Both the position numbers and the translations under genes were made by a program. DNA of 60,015 nucleotides, the filler included, from Dugesia japonica (lineage: Eukaryota), in the NCBI GenBank assembly GCA_001938525.1. It is 6 parts of 6 records of this genome, joined end to end, with 100 filler letters (N's around TTAATTAATTAA, not from the genome) between each part and the next. Parts side by side here need not be neighbours in the genome. Positions count along the whole stretch, not along the records: positions 10,635 to 20,838 come from MQRL01644588.1; positions 20,939 to 31,794 come from MQRL01501996.1; 4 more parts are not named here. The stretch is one strand, 5' to 3'. Below, piece by piece: positions 13,701 to 25,559 of this stretch. Position 1 is the stretch's first letter. Each line of letters opens with the position of its first letter. The notes under the pieces are model-generated. The model did no database searches and had not been told where the DNA came from. It worked only from the letters and a program-made list of their open reading frames with translations.

Positions 13701-14970
13701 TATTTTGTATAATTTTCATAAATTGTAAGAAGATATTCATTAGATTTTTAAAATAATGTTTTATTACTGGGCATTTGAAAATTTTTATGATTATTCTATC
13801 TTTTTATTAAAAAATATTTATTAAATAGTTCCAACGAAGATGGTTTTTTGACAATTTTGATGCTAGATATAAACTAGTAAAAACATTTATTAGTTCATTT
13901 ATTTGTTCATTTTATATTATATGATTCAATAAGTTTGAGCACTATATATTCACCAAAAGTTGTCGGTTAATCCCGAACCTCATATTTCTCTAAATATGGT
14001 TACCCATTAATGATATATTTACTATGACGAAAAATAATTTTTATCATTATTCACTAAAGAAAATTTTGGTATTAAATCTCGGTAATCTCTCGTAATTTAA
14101 ATTTTGAGTTAGAGAAACAGAAACCCAGCATACTTTATTTTAAGTGTTTGAGTATTTCTTTTAAAAATTCTAATAAATTTAACGTGATATTATATAAAAA
14201 TATATTTAATATGTAAATAAGTAAATGTTTCGCTCCTAATAACAGATCTGAAAGGTATGATATATATGTTTTTTATTTCAATGAAAAGTTATAGTTCACC
14301 AATGCTTCTTTAAACATACTCTTTGTGAAGGACCTCTACTATCTAATAACAGAAAATTAATTTTCTAAGTAAAGCTGAATAATTAATACGCTCTGGTATT
14401 TCATTTGTAACATAATTGATACCTAAATTATTTTTTTGAAATTATTTTTATTTACATTAATCATTCTCTATTTTTATTATTTTACCTGTATCTTGCAATA
14501 AAGCTTCATCCATAATTATTCGTCATAATCCCATCCATTTCAAGGGTTTTAAGTTAGTAATGGAGCACTCACAAATCTTGTAACAATAACAATAGAAAAA
14601 TAACAAGGTAAGCTGAAATAACTGAAATTTAAAAAGGAAAGAATAATTTAAGATTAAATAAAATAAGTTATATAATAAGTTAGTCATAGCCGCATGAGAG
14701 TTCTTCAAAATTAATTAAAACTAAGATTTTTATTTTTAATCACCTTTTGTCCGAGTTTCACCATAATCAGTATTATTTTTGCTTCCTATTAATTACTCCC
14801 ACAATATTGAGAGCACTACGCATTTCACAAGTTGAAATCAACGATTTAAATATAATGATCATTATTTCTGATAAAATATTAATTTGTAGAAATCACAAGA
14901 TCAGTATGAGTGTTCAAGTAATGAAGGCAAAAAGTTGATATTCCCTCAATATTCTAAACGACAACAGTAC

Positions 14971-15034
<64 letters not shown>
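14971..15034. repeat. (TAT)n microsatellite running into a gap
   Basis: Direct reading. Confidence 0.95.
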
Positions 15035-16242
15035 NNNNNNNNNNNNNNNNNNNNNNNNNNNNNNNNNNNNNNNNNNNNNNNNNNNNNNNNNNNNNNNNNN
15101 NNNNNNNGTTTTGATTTTACTGTTCATGTGTGATATGTTTTTTATATATCAGTGACGGGCTCAAGAATTTTTCATGGTGGGGCGAAAAAAATAATTACTT
15201 CATTTATTATTTAATCAACCTGGAATTTAATTTTTGTTTAAAAAAAGTGAAATTAATGATTTTTCTTTAAATTTAATAATTTTTAATTAATTTCACAGAA
15301 ATTCCGTAGAAAAGTCCATTTTTAAATATTTCATTTTTTAATTAATTCAAATTTTCATGGGAATCCAAGTGTGCAGCCCAAATTTTTAAAATAATTTCAA
15401 AATCATTTACATGCTCAGATTTTTAAAACTTTTATTGTCTGTTGAGAATTGGACTGGGGTTATTTTTGGTTTTTTCAATATTTTATATCGATTGTTCGAA
15501 AAAATAAAAAGTATCTCTAATTTGATCATCACCCCATTTGTTGGGCTGAAACAGCCACGAACTTAAAGAAACGATAAATAAAGTTAAAGGAATTTTAATA
15601 AAGATGCAAATGTTCAAGGAAATTTAGTGCCAAAGTATAATCAGAAAAATAAGAGAAACAAATAAAAATAAACTACAACTTAAAGAAATAATTGCTAAAA
15701 GAAAATAAATAATAATTAAAATATTGCTCGAAATGATTGAAAGAAAGAAATAATAATGAAAGTATTGGAAATGCGGGAATAAATAATGAAAATAGTATAT
15801 TGCTCAAAAAGAGAAAAAAATTAATGAAAAATAAATATCAATCAGAAAATAAAATGAACTAATCAAGGAGGATACAGAGTTAATTAAATAAATATATAAA
15901 GAGATAAACGTACAAAACTACAACAAAAGAATATGAAGTTGTGAGAGCGGAACACAAATCTGAAGTGACGTGAACTAGCTCTATCTCAAACCAACCGCAT
16001 GATGACATACATAATCAAAGCCAACTGAGGAGTATTAATCGCAATAGTTCGAACACTACTAGGTTTCTCGAATCAACGACCATGTCACAAAAGAAGATAA
16101 GGGTAAGAAGATAATAACGATCGACGATATGTTATAATTTTTTATAAATAAAACTTTAACTAATTAATTAAATTAAATCTTTAATCTTGAATTACGATTA
16201 CTTCTCACGAAGTGAGAAGTAATTTTCTCTCTCTATAGTTAT

Positions 16243-16430
16243 TTCTCTCTTATCTTGGTTTTATACCTTTGTACTGATGATTACTTTCTTTTAAAAGTAG
16301 GTATCCCGAAGCTGGCAAAAATTTGTCGACACTTCGCTAGTCTATGCGGGACTATGTGGTATTCCGTCTTTGAGAAAGTCCATTGATGTTATATTTCTCT
16401 CAATTTTAATTTATTTTCTTCGTATATTTC
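16243..16430. repeat. Dispersed ~190-bp repeat; direct copy at ~18685-18872, diverged inverted copy at ~16590-16680
   Basis: gtaggtatcccgaagctggcaaaaatttgtcgacacttcgctagtc...gggactatgtgg is shared between copies. Confidence 0.85.
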
Positions 16431-19400
16431 CTAAAATTAAGATAATAAAATTATCTTAATAAAATTGTTATTTATCTTAATAAAATTAAGATAAATAAAA
16501 GAATTAAGATAAAAAAGAATTAATATAAAAAGCGGTCTATAACAAAGAAAATAAACTGCAGCTGTTAAGAATGAAGTATAAAGATGTGATATCCCATAGT
16601 CCCAAATGGACTTATAATAGATATCACAATGCACGAGGCGTTGTCAAATTTGTGCCGACTTCGGGGTATCTACCCCTAGAAGATATTAACACAAAGAAGA
16701 ACGATATAAAGAAGAATATCAATCAAAACAATCAATAGAAAGTGTCCACGAAGAAATAATAACATCAAAAATTTCGAAACCGAACACATCTATTCGATAG
16801 AGAATTTTATGTTGAGTAAGAATAACACGGTGAAAAATCGCCAAAACGTATACCCAAGGAAATAAATAGAAATAGCAACAAAAAGCAAACAAGTACAATT
16901 TTTATTTAAGTTTAATTTTATGATAAAATTTATTTAATATTTTTACACTAGTTAGATATATCCTAAATTACTAAACTAAATTACTAAACCACTTTGTCGG
17001 GGCTGCGGTTTAGTATTTTTAGTAATTACTTTTACAATTATTTTTATATTCAATTGGAATTTTAGATACATCGTTTTTATTAATTTTTTTTTACTTTCTC
17101 GTACTACGATTGTATTATTAGTTTGGGTTTGTCGTTCGTTATCGTTATATAGCTTTTTCTATATTCGGTTATGGATCACCCACTGCGGATCTGTTCTTGG
17201 TTCTACTATAGTGTACCATAATTTATGTGTTCTAGAATTAGAATATTATAGTTTGGAACATTTTTTCCAGAAATACGTAAAAACATTGATGTTTTCTGGA
17301 TTTATGCCATTTCAGCCGCAACTTTACTGATTTATCTCTAGGCCTCGTTAGTACTTATAAAGTGAGGAGTGTTCACTGAGCCTGGCTGGTGTTTGGTTAG
17401 AATGNGTTAATGTTTAAATTTTTGGTTTGCATTTTTAGTGCGAAAAAGTAAAATAAATAAAAAAAAGTTGATTTCAAGAGAAAAGCAACCTTTTCATTCT
17501 GTATTTAAGTTACTTGATTTTATAAATAGGTTTTGGGGCCCGGGCGATTGATCCCCTTTGATTTGATACTGGCCGAGATTATGCAAATGTCTTTTGTTGA
17601 AAAGCCAGATGTAGTTATTTCAGTTGTTCACAATTTGTTTGAATGCTTTAAACGACATTGGAGACCGACTGATTCAAGGCTAGTGTTCAATAATTGGTTT
17701 TAAATGTAAACGATATTCTAAATGTTTAATTTAATTAAATATTGAAAATTTCGTTTTGATTTAAATTTATTGAATGTATTATATTTTGATGCAGACGTTA
17801 ACACAAAATTTGAGTGTTATTCTGTATTCTAATAAATTTCAAAGTCTACAAGCACGATATTAAAATATTAAAAATAGTAAAATTATTGCTTTGACATCGT
17901 CTAAATATTCATTTCTCCAACATAGTTTTGCGTACGTACGCAAAGGGTGTTTCTGAACATGTACGGAATGCAACAGGGGAGCATACGTTATATATGGATG
18001 AATCCTCGCTGAAAAATTCCTGTTTACATTTATACTTCTTTAAACATTCGTGAGATTAACCTTTCTTTACTCCTGTCATTATAAATTTGATTTATTTTAA
18101 ATGCTTTTATCAATAATTTTTTTTGTATAATTTATTTTTTTTATTTAGTTTCTTATTTGATTTTCTAGTTATTTTTCTATATTTGATTGTTATAATGATT
18201 CCTGTTTTAACATTATCATTATTCATATTATAAATATATAATTTTATCACATTTTGTGTTTTAGATTGCTTAAATTTCAAATGGAAATTTCTGATAAAAT
18301 TGTAACAAACAAAGAAAAAATCCATAAAAATATATATTGATGTAATAAACTTGTAATTTTTTATATTATCAGAACCTAAAATTTGGAAATCTTTATTTTG
18401 CACATTTAATATTTTTGAAGATATTAGAAAAGGCTTTGAAATTTAGTTGCTATTTTGTACTGGTATTTATTAAAATTTCAAATTGTCTCAGCTGTAAAGC
18501 ATTCGATTATTGTGCTTCTTGGAAATATTAAGAAATATGCTGTATCTTAAACGTAAATGTGTTATAAGTTATGTGAAATTATAATTTCAGTGAAATAATT
18601 TATTTTACGTCCCAAATGGTTTTCATTATTAAAAAACTTATTAAAAAATATTGTTGGTCTTAGAGGTTATGATGTTTTCTTATTTCTCTCTTATCTTGGT
18701 CTTATACATTTGTATTGATGATTACTTTCTTTTAGAAGTAGGTATCCCGAAGCTGGCAAAAATTTGTCGACACTTCGCTAGTCCATGTGGGACTATGTGG
18801 TATTCCTTCTTTGAGAAAGTCCATTGATGTTATATTTCTCTCAATTTTAATTTATTTTCTTCGTATATTTCCTTTTTTACATCATCTTGAATTGACAATA
18901 TGACAGATTTATTTACATACAGCCAACTAAGGAGATTCGAGGATCGTCTCTTCTGTAATTACACAATCTGGACCCACGTTCTTGTTTCCGTCGTAGTCTC
19001 GCAACGTCTTAATATTAACCAGGATAGTAGCCTCACGATTCGCTTTGCTTTTCACTATTTAGGCAAGCATACTGTTATTTAAAATCAGCGAAAGTTTGCG
19101 CCGGTGGACCTCGCCCAATCTTTAGGGTCAACAATTACTTTATTGTGATGCTGTCCGAGTCTTTAAATTCTTTGACTTCCTTCCGTAAGCGTTTTATCTC
19201 GACCCCGTTTCTTAGTTGCTTGGCCAATAACTCATTTCGGGTTGGTTTCCTGATCGTGAATGCATTTTTATTTCTTCAAGTTGCTAACATTTAATGATAT
19301 TAATATAGACTTAATTTCGACTCGCTTAATATCAGCTATCATTCGCTTGCCCGCTTGATTGTGAGTAAGTAACCATACGGTTCCACGCTCCGTGATAATT

Positions 19401-20838
19401 GGTGGCTTAGATACTCGATTTACCAGATTCGCGAGAACTAAAGTTTGTTACTTTATCTGTCCTCGCAATGGCTCTATGTGCAATTGCTCAAATTTCTTTT
19501 TGCTCTCCGATCTCGATAACCCTGTTTGGCTGAAACAGCTCAGTTAGAAAATAATTTTGAGTAAACTGAAGAAATTAGAGATAACGAACTCTGAGTGGGT
19601 TAGAAAATGATTAAAATTAAAAGAAATAAATACTATTAAATCATCAATAAATTAACTGATAATAAAATAAATGAAGGTATTAAATAAATCAACCAATCAG
19701 AAATAAAATTAGAAAATAAAGAAGTGAGTAAGATTAAAAGTATCAAAATGAAAAGGGATAATAAAGCATAGGAATAATTAAATCGTTAATAAGAAATAAA
19801 AGAAAACAACGATTTCTATAAATCGATAAAATAAGGATCATGAGAATTTACATATTATGATTTGAATAGAAAATCATAATTAGATTAAAAGAAACAGATA
19901 AATTAAAAGATCGGAAAATGCTACGAAAAGTTAAGATTTAAATATTGAGAAAAATTAAATAAATTCAGAAACAAGTAACCATTAAAATAAATTATAATTA
20001 AAGAGGAGATTAATAACTGAATGTGCTCAAGAAAATGATGAACCGAAAAAAGAAAGAGAATGAAAAAGTCAGAAATACAAAGAATAATAATAAAAATAAT
20101 AAATGCATATCACGAAATAAAAAGAATAATAATTAAATAATTATTTAATGAATACTTTTTACCAAAATAATAAAGGAAGTAAGTAAATAAATCACAAGAA
20201 ACGATATAATTCTCAAAGAAGATAATAATCAATGAATAAAAAGCACGAAAGCTCAAATGATATAAATGCGGCTCACGAACTAGAAAGAAAGCTCAAATAA
20301 TCCAAAATTAAATGTATAAATTATGTCAGGAAATGGTATTTAAGAAATAATAAATGAAATGAAATCGAAAATAGAATTCGAATATGTTATATATTATTAT
20401 TTATAATTATATGCATGTTATAAAAGTATAAATATAATAAAATAATTAATTTAAGAAAGTAGGATTAAAACAAAAGTATTTTATTAAAAGATTTTAGTAA
20501 AAATTGGTAGGAATTAGTAGAAAAGAGATATGAAATAAATAAGTATTATTTTTACCGTTAAAAACGTTTATAAAATTATTATAATGTGGTTAGAATAAAT
20601 CATAAAGTATTTAAATAAGTAGAATGTAATATTATTATTTCTAGTTAAATTATGAGGAAGGAAACGGAATTAAGAAACCAGAATTATGTAAAAAAAATTA
20701 ATAGATAATTAACAGTTAAATTAAGATTTTGAAAACATTAAATTTCTTACATGTATTCACGTATAAATCCTTATGTATAATATAGAAACAAACTATCTAA
20801 AAATATTATTTTTGTTATAAATATTATTAATTTTATTA

Positions 20839-20938
20839 NNNNNNNNNNNNNNNNNNNNNNNNNNNNNNNNNNNNNNNNNNNNTTAATTAATTAANNNNNN
20901 NNNNNNNNNNNNNNNNNNNNNNNNNNNNNNNNNNNNNN
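20839..20938. other. Artificial scaffold linker
   Basis: N44-TTAATTAATTAA-N44. Confidence 0.97.
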
Positions 20939-21251
20939 GGGGGGGTAGAAAAAGTGGAGGTTCAGTGCGGACATGTCTCACTACTCAGAACCAATGAAGA
21001 ATAACCCAGAGAAACAAAAAAGTGAAGATGAAGAAAAAATTAATTGTTGTAACAATAAATGTCAGTATGAACATGAATGGTAAGTTGACTTGGACATTAA
21101 ACCATGACTACTTTTGGTGTTTCGTTTTTGGTTTCTCTGTAAAATAAATTACCTCACATTTATACTTCATTTCTCTTTTCATTAACTTTTATCACTATAA
21201 TTGCTGTCAAATCAATGATTAACTCATCTCGACTTATTAATTTTCTTTCAG

Positions 21252-23005
21252 ATAAAAAATGGAACGAAAGTGGGAAATGCTATTAGACGGGCGTACCGGT
21301 AGATTAATATTCAAACGATATAAGAACCCCATAACCGAGACGCTGGGGTGTTGGTGGACCGTTCTAATCTGTCTACAGAAGAGGCAGAGGACGAGCGACA
21401 ATGGGACGCCCCTGAACGTCGTGCTTTTTATGAATGGAATGGCACCAATCGAGATCGAGAGTTATATCATTCCACTACGGCTTTTCCTCTGGTTAACAGT
21501 TAAGAGCTTCGTACCACCAGTGAGTAGCGCGAAGGCCCTTTGGTGATTCCAGTTTCAACGGCCCGTTTACCACCTTTCTCCAGATTGACCAAATTCGTAA
21601 ATAATACACTTTGGGAGATCCGAAATAGGGAGAATGGCGGTAGCGCAGAAAATGTAGTTTTAGGTGCTAATGACAAAACTATATAACAATTCGTATCTCT
21701 TGATGACCACTTTTAGTGTTAATAAATTATTTTAGTCTTTATTTAAGCATCTTTTGTTAACTCTTGATCTTAATCACCATAATTTAATGGTTTACCAAGC
21801 ACTAAGTAATTGGTTATGATGAGGTTTCAACTTCAATAAAACCGACTAATTATTTATCTCCTCATTGTTTACATATAATATTTTTAATACATTTCTATTC
21901 CAGTTTATTCTTCACTAAATCGTTTGTGGCTCCCACTAAAAAGTGCGAGAAACAAATGAGGACAAGAAGGTGACGTGGGACTTATACTGTCTCGCGAAAC
22001 GTCGATGGAAGACCAATACAGCTACCGCCAAATGTAAGGTATAAAAGAAAATGCATAGCGTTTCGCAAAGAAGCAGAGGCCTCCCATACCCAAGAGAGGC
22101 TTTGGAAAACTTAAATTAAATCATTAACTGAAATTATCCGGTCCCTCCATGACCGAGAAAATAAACTGGTCACAGATATTTTGGCTTTAAGGGAGGCCAT
22201 GCCACTAGAGCCACCAATGGTGGATAAATCCACACAGACTTCACGCCCTTAACTTGATGTTAATCCTTTGGATAATGAAAATACATTATTCTACTATAAT
22301 GGGCCATTCGTGTTTTTCACTTAAATGAGTTTCTTAGTTATTTAATTATCTAAATTAAATTTACATGATTTTCTCTCTCTTAATTACTTCTTTTGTAGTG
22401 CCGAGAATCAGACTTTCTACCAGTTTACGTCGCTGCCAAAAATTATTACTTGAGCGCCATATAAAGAGACAAAACGAAGGCGCGCTTCTACAACACCTTG
22501 CCCAGCGCAACCGGTTAATTAAGAAGTTAGACATCATAGTCAAAAAGCAAGGCGACTTAGCCGAACAGACAAAACAAATACTCCTGCACAAAATCGAGTT
22601 CATAAAGCAATGCATTGTTGACCTTGCCAGTCGTCTTTGGCAAGAAACATGAACAGCGAGGATGATAAAGCTATTTTTGGCTTCATCCCTAATGAGCCAA
22701 CCCAGTGGTTAGACACGGTTGCGCTGGATCAATGTAATCAATTATGTAATCAATTGGAAATAAATTTTTAATTGTAGTACAATATTAATTCGTTTTTGTT
22801 AAATTAAATTATAGGGAGAATATGGAACCCGAAACTAAAGGTATATGAGTGTGTACTTCAAATAAATGGTGGAATTCAACCGCTCTATACTGAAAATCTA
22901 ATTAGGGACATTAGATAAATTATTGAAAGGGCTATTTGAAGGGCGGTTTTCCCACGCCCCACTTTTTTACATCTAACTCAGGTGAGACCCTAACAAAGAA
23001 ACCAA
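21252..23005 (+). pseudogene. Cassette of four degenerate coding blocks of unknown function (copy A)
   Basis: Blocks begin at ~21252, 21904, 22399 and 22815, each after a pyrimidine/AT tract and AG. Peptides align with the inverted copy B. Confidence 0.6.
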
Positions 23006-23049
23006 TAAAATATTCTTTTTAAGTAATTATTTTTAATTATTTTATTATT

Positions 23050-24330
23050 TAATATTGTTGGGGTTCCACCTGAGTTGAATGTAGAAAGATTATAACTGGG
23101 GGAAAAGACAGCCTTCCGGGGACCATTTCAAGAATTAAACTAATGTCCCTAATTAAGTTATCGGTATAGAGCGGATGACTTCCATCTCTAACTTGAAGTG
23201 CACACTCGTATACCTTTATTTTGGGTTCATTATTTTCCTATTATTTTAATTTATCAATCAAATTAACAATAAATTCGAACTAAGATTTATTTTTTGTTAA
23301 TTACATATAATTTAGAGCACCAGAGTCTAACCACTGTGTGGGCTCACCATTCGTAAAATCGAAGGTGATCTCATCGTCGTCACTATTCCAGTGGACCCAT
23401 GTTTCCTGTTTGAGGCGGTTTGATAGGTCGGCGATGTATTGTTGTAAAAATTCAATTTTTTGAGTGAGAATTTGTTTAGTATGTTCAACCACTTCGCCCT
23501 GTGCAAAGGATTCTACCTTTTGTTTCCAAGCACGTTCCTTAGTGTGGGAGGCTTCTACTTCTATTTGGTAACTGCGGCATTTATTTTGATACCGCCTTAT
23601 CTTGGCGTTTGCTGCTGCTACTTCGGCCTCCCATTTTCGTTTCGCTAATTTATAAAGATCCCAAGACATATCTATGTCCTCACTGCGCTCTCGGATTTTT
23701 TTGGAAGGTCCAAATGAACGGTTGCGGAATGAATGTACTAAATAGAATCAGATTTAATTAGATTACTCAATATGGTGATAGTAGACGAAATATCTCCTTG
23801 ATCATAAGTTATAGTTGGACCAGGTCTCTAAGCTAATCGGAAAAAAGTTTTTTAACAATTATAAATAGTTTGCATGAATAAGACTGACAGACAAGGATAA
23901 ATACTCAAAGAAGGAGACACATCTTAACAATTTTCCAGTCAACATTTATTAAAATTAACACTACAAAAAATGGGATATAATAACACAGTTTCAGTTTTCA
24001 GAATTTACTACCGGTTCAGTATTCTCGACATTTGCGAGGTTGGTTGGCTCCCTAATGCCCCAAAGCAAGTTGGTGATAAATGCCTGTACTGCAGGGCGTG
24101 GAGCAGTTGCCCTGTAGGTAAACTAAGTAGCCAAGTTCTGCGTGGGTCAAACCCAATTTAGATGATTCTGGCGTTCACCAAAATTTTGAATGCGTTCCAC
24201 TAATGCTTCTACCGGTGGTAACTTGGTGTGGTCAACTAATATTCCCGCATTTCTATTATATGGGTTGAGGTGACGCCGAAAATTATTCGCCGCGTCCGTC
24301 GTGTATAAATCCTCTCCCGGTTACTTAGTA
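23050..24330 (-). pseudogene. Inverted diverged copy B of the same cassette (includes ORF 23301-23669)
   Basis: WDLYKLAKRKW vs WDLYCLAKRRW; TKQILTQKIEF vs TKQILLHKIEF; KVYECALQ...PLYTDNLIRDI vs KVYECVLQ...PLYTENLIRDI; NPYNRNAGILVD vs NP-HNRDAGVLVD. Confidence 0.7.
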
Positions 24331-24402
24331 AGGTTCCATAGTAATATGGTCTATGATATTTAAAGGTTCCATAGTAATATGGTCTATGATATTTAAAGGT
24401 TC
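24330..24402. repeat. 32-bp tandem repeat (AAGGTTCCATAGTAATATGGTCTATGATATTT)n running into a gap
   Basis: More than two copies visible before the N run. Confidence 0.85.
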
Positions 24403-24924
24403 NNNNNNNNNNNNNNNNNNNNNNNNNNNNNNNNNNNNNNNNNNNNNNNNNNTATGGTCAAAAATGTGTCAAAGATGTCTAATATGTGCTAAATAATATA
24501 AAAAATGTCATGTATTGAATAAGTAAGTAAGTTTAATTGGAATTCCTGACCATTTTGCGAATCTGAGTCTAGTCAACTATTGACGATGATGACTGATTGT
24601 TTTTAAAACAATTGTAGTGGTGTTCAATTATGTCCGAATGTGAACGGATAGAAACACTCCTACTGGAGATGCACATACTGTAATCGAGCTTAGCCTAGTT
24701 AAAACTACGCAAGCTAATCGATAAGCTCAATTATGAACGGACTCGTGTTGGATGCTAAAGACCTTGATGGATTCATTCCGTCGAACTGTACATGTTAGAG
24801 GAGGTAATGCATTGGTATGGAAGGAAAAGAAGACTGAAACAAAGCATGAAAATAATTAATAATTTAAACTAATGTACTTATTAAAAAAAATTAATGTCTT
24901 ATTCTTTAAATACCTTTGAGCATA

Positions 24925-25415
24925 TATATTTAGACTGCCCATACCATGCATAAATATCTTGTAATAATATCTTATAAAATATCAAGACTGAACCATACAT
25001 TGCATAAATATCTTGTAATAATATCTTACAAAATATCAAGACTGCCGATATCATGTAAAATATAGAGACTCCTCCCATCTCATGCAAAATATCAAGACTG
25101 TCCTATCTCTTACATAAATAAATTAATTTAATTAAATTTTTTTAAATTTAATTATATTAAAAAGATTTACCCCCACGTTGAAATTTTAAATTCCTCCCCG
25201 CCCCAACCGCCAAAAGAAATATTAAAATTTTAATTACTCACAAAATTCCACTAATATTAAAACAAAAAATATTTTCATTAATTAAAACAAAAAGTTCCAA
25301 TAATTAAAAAAAATTCCATGAATTCAAACAAAAATACAACTCGATAACTCATACTGTGGCAATGCGCCCCTCTCCACTTCATTAAAAAAAATTCAATTTT
25401 TATTTCTTATACTAT
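24925..25415 (-). mobile_element. Polinton-like terminal/subterminal region, inverted homologue of 51927-52330
   Basis: The reverse complement shares the subrepeats (g)cagtcttgatatttt(g)catg and the segment aattttgtg.g.aatt.aaattt.aa...tttggcgg. Confidence 0.65.
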
Positions 25416-25559
25416 AGAAAAACCGCGATAACCCATAGCAAATCTGTTACTAGTGAATCAGTTGCAATTCTAATAATTCAAAAAAAATTTTGTCATTGAT
25501 ATCGATCGCTTTTGCAACTTAATAGTTAAAATAAGAAAAAATTTCTCTATTGGTCGTGG

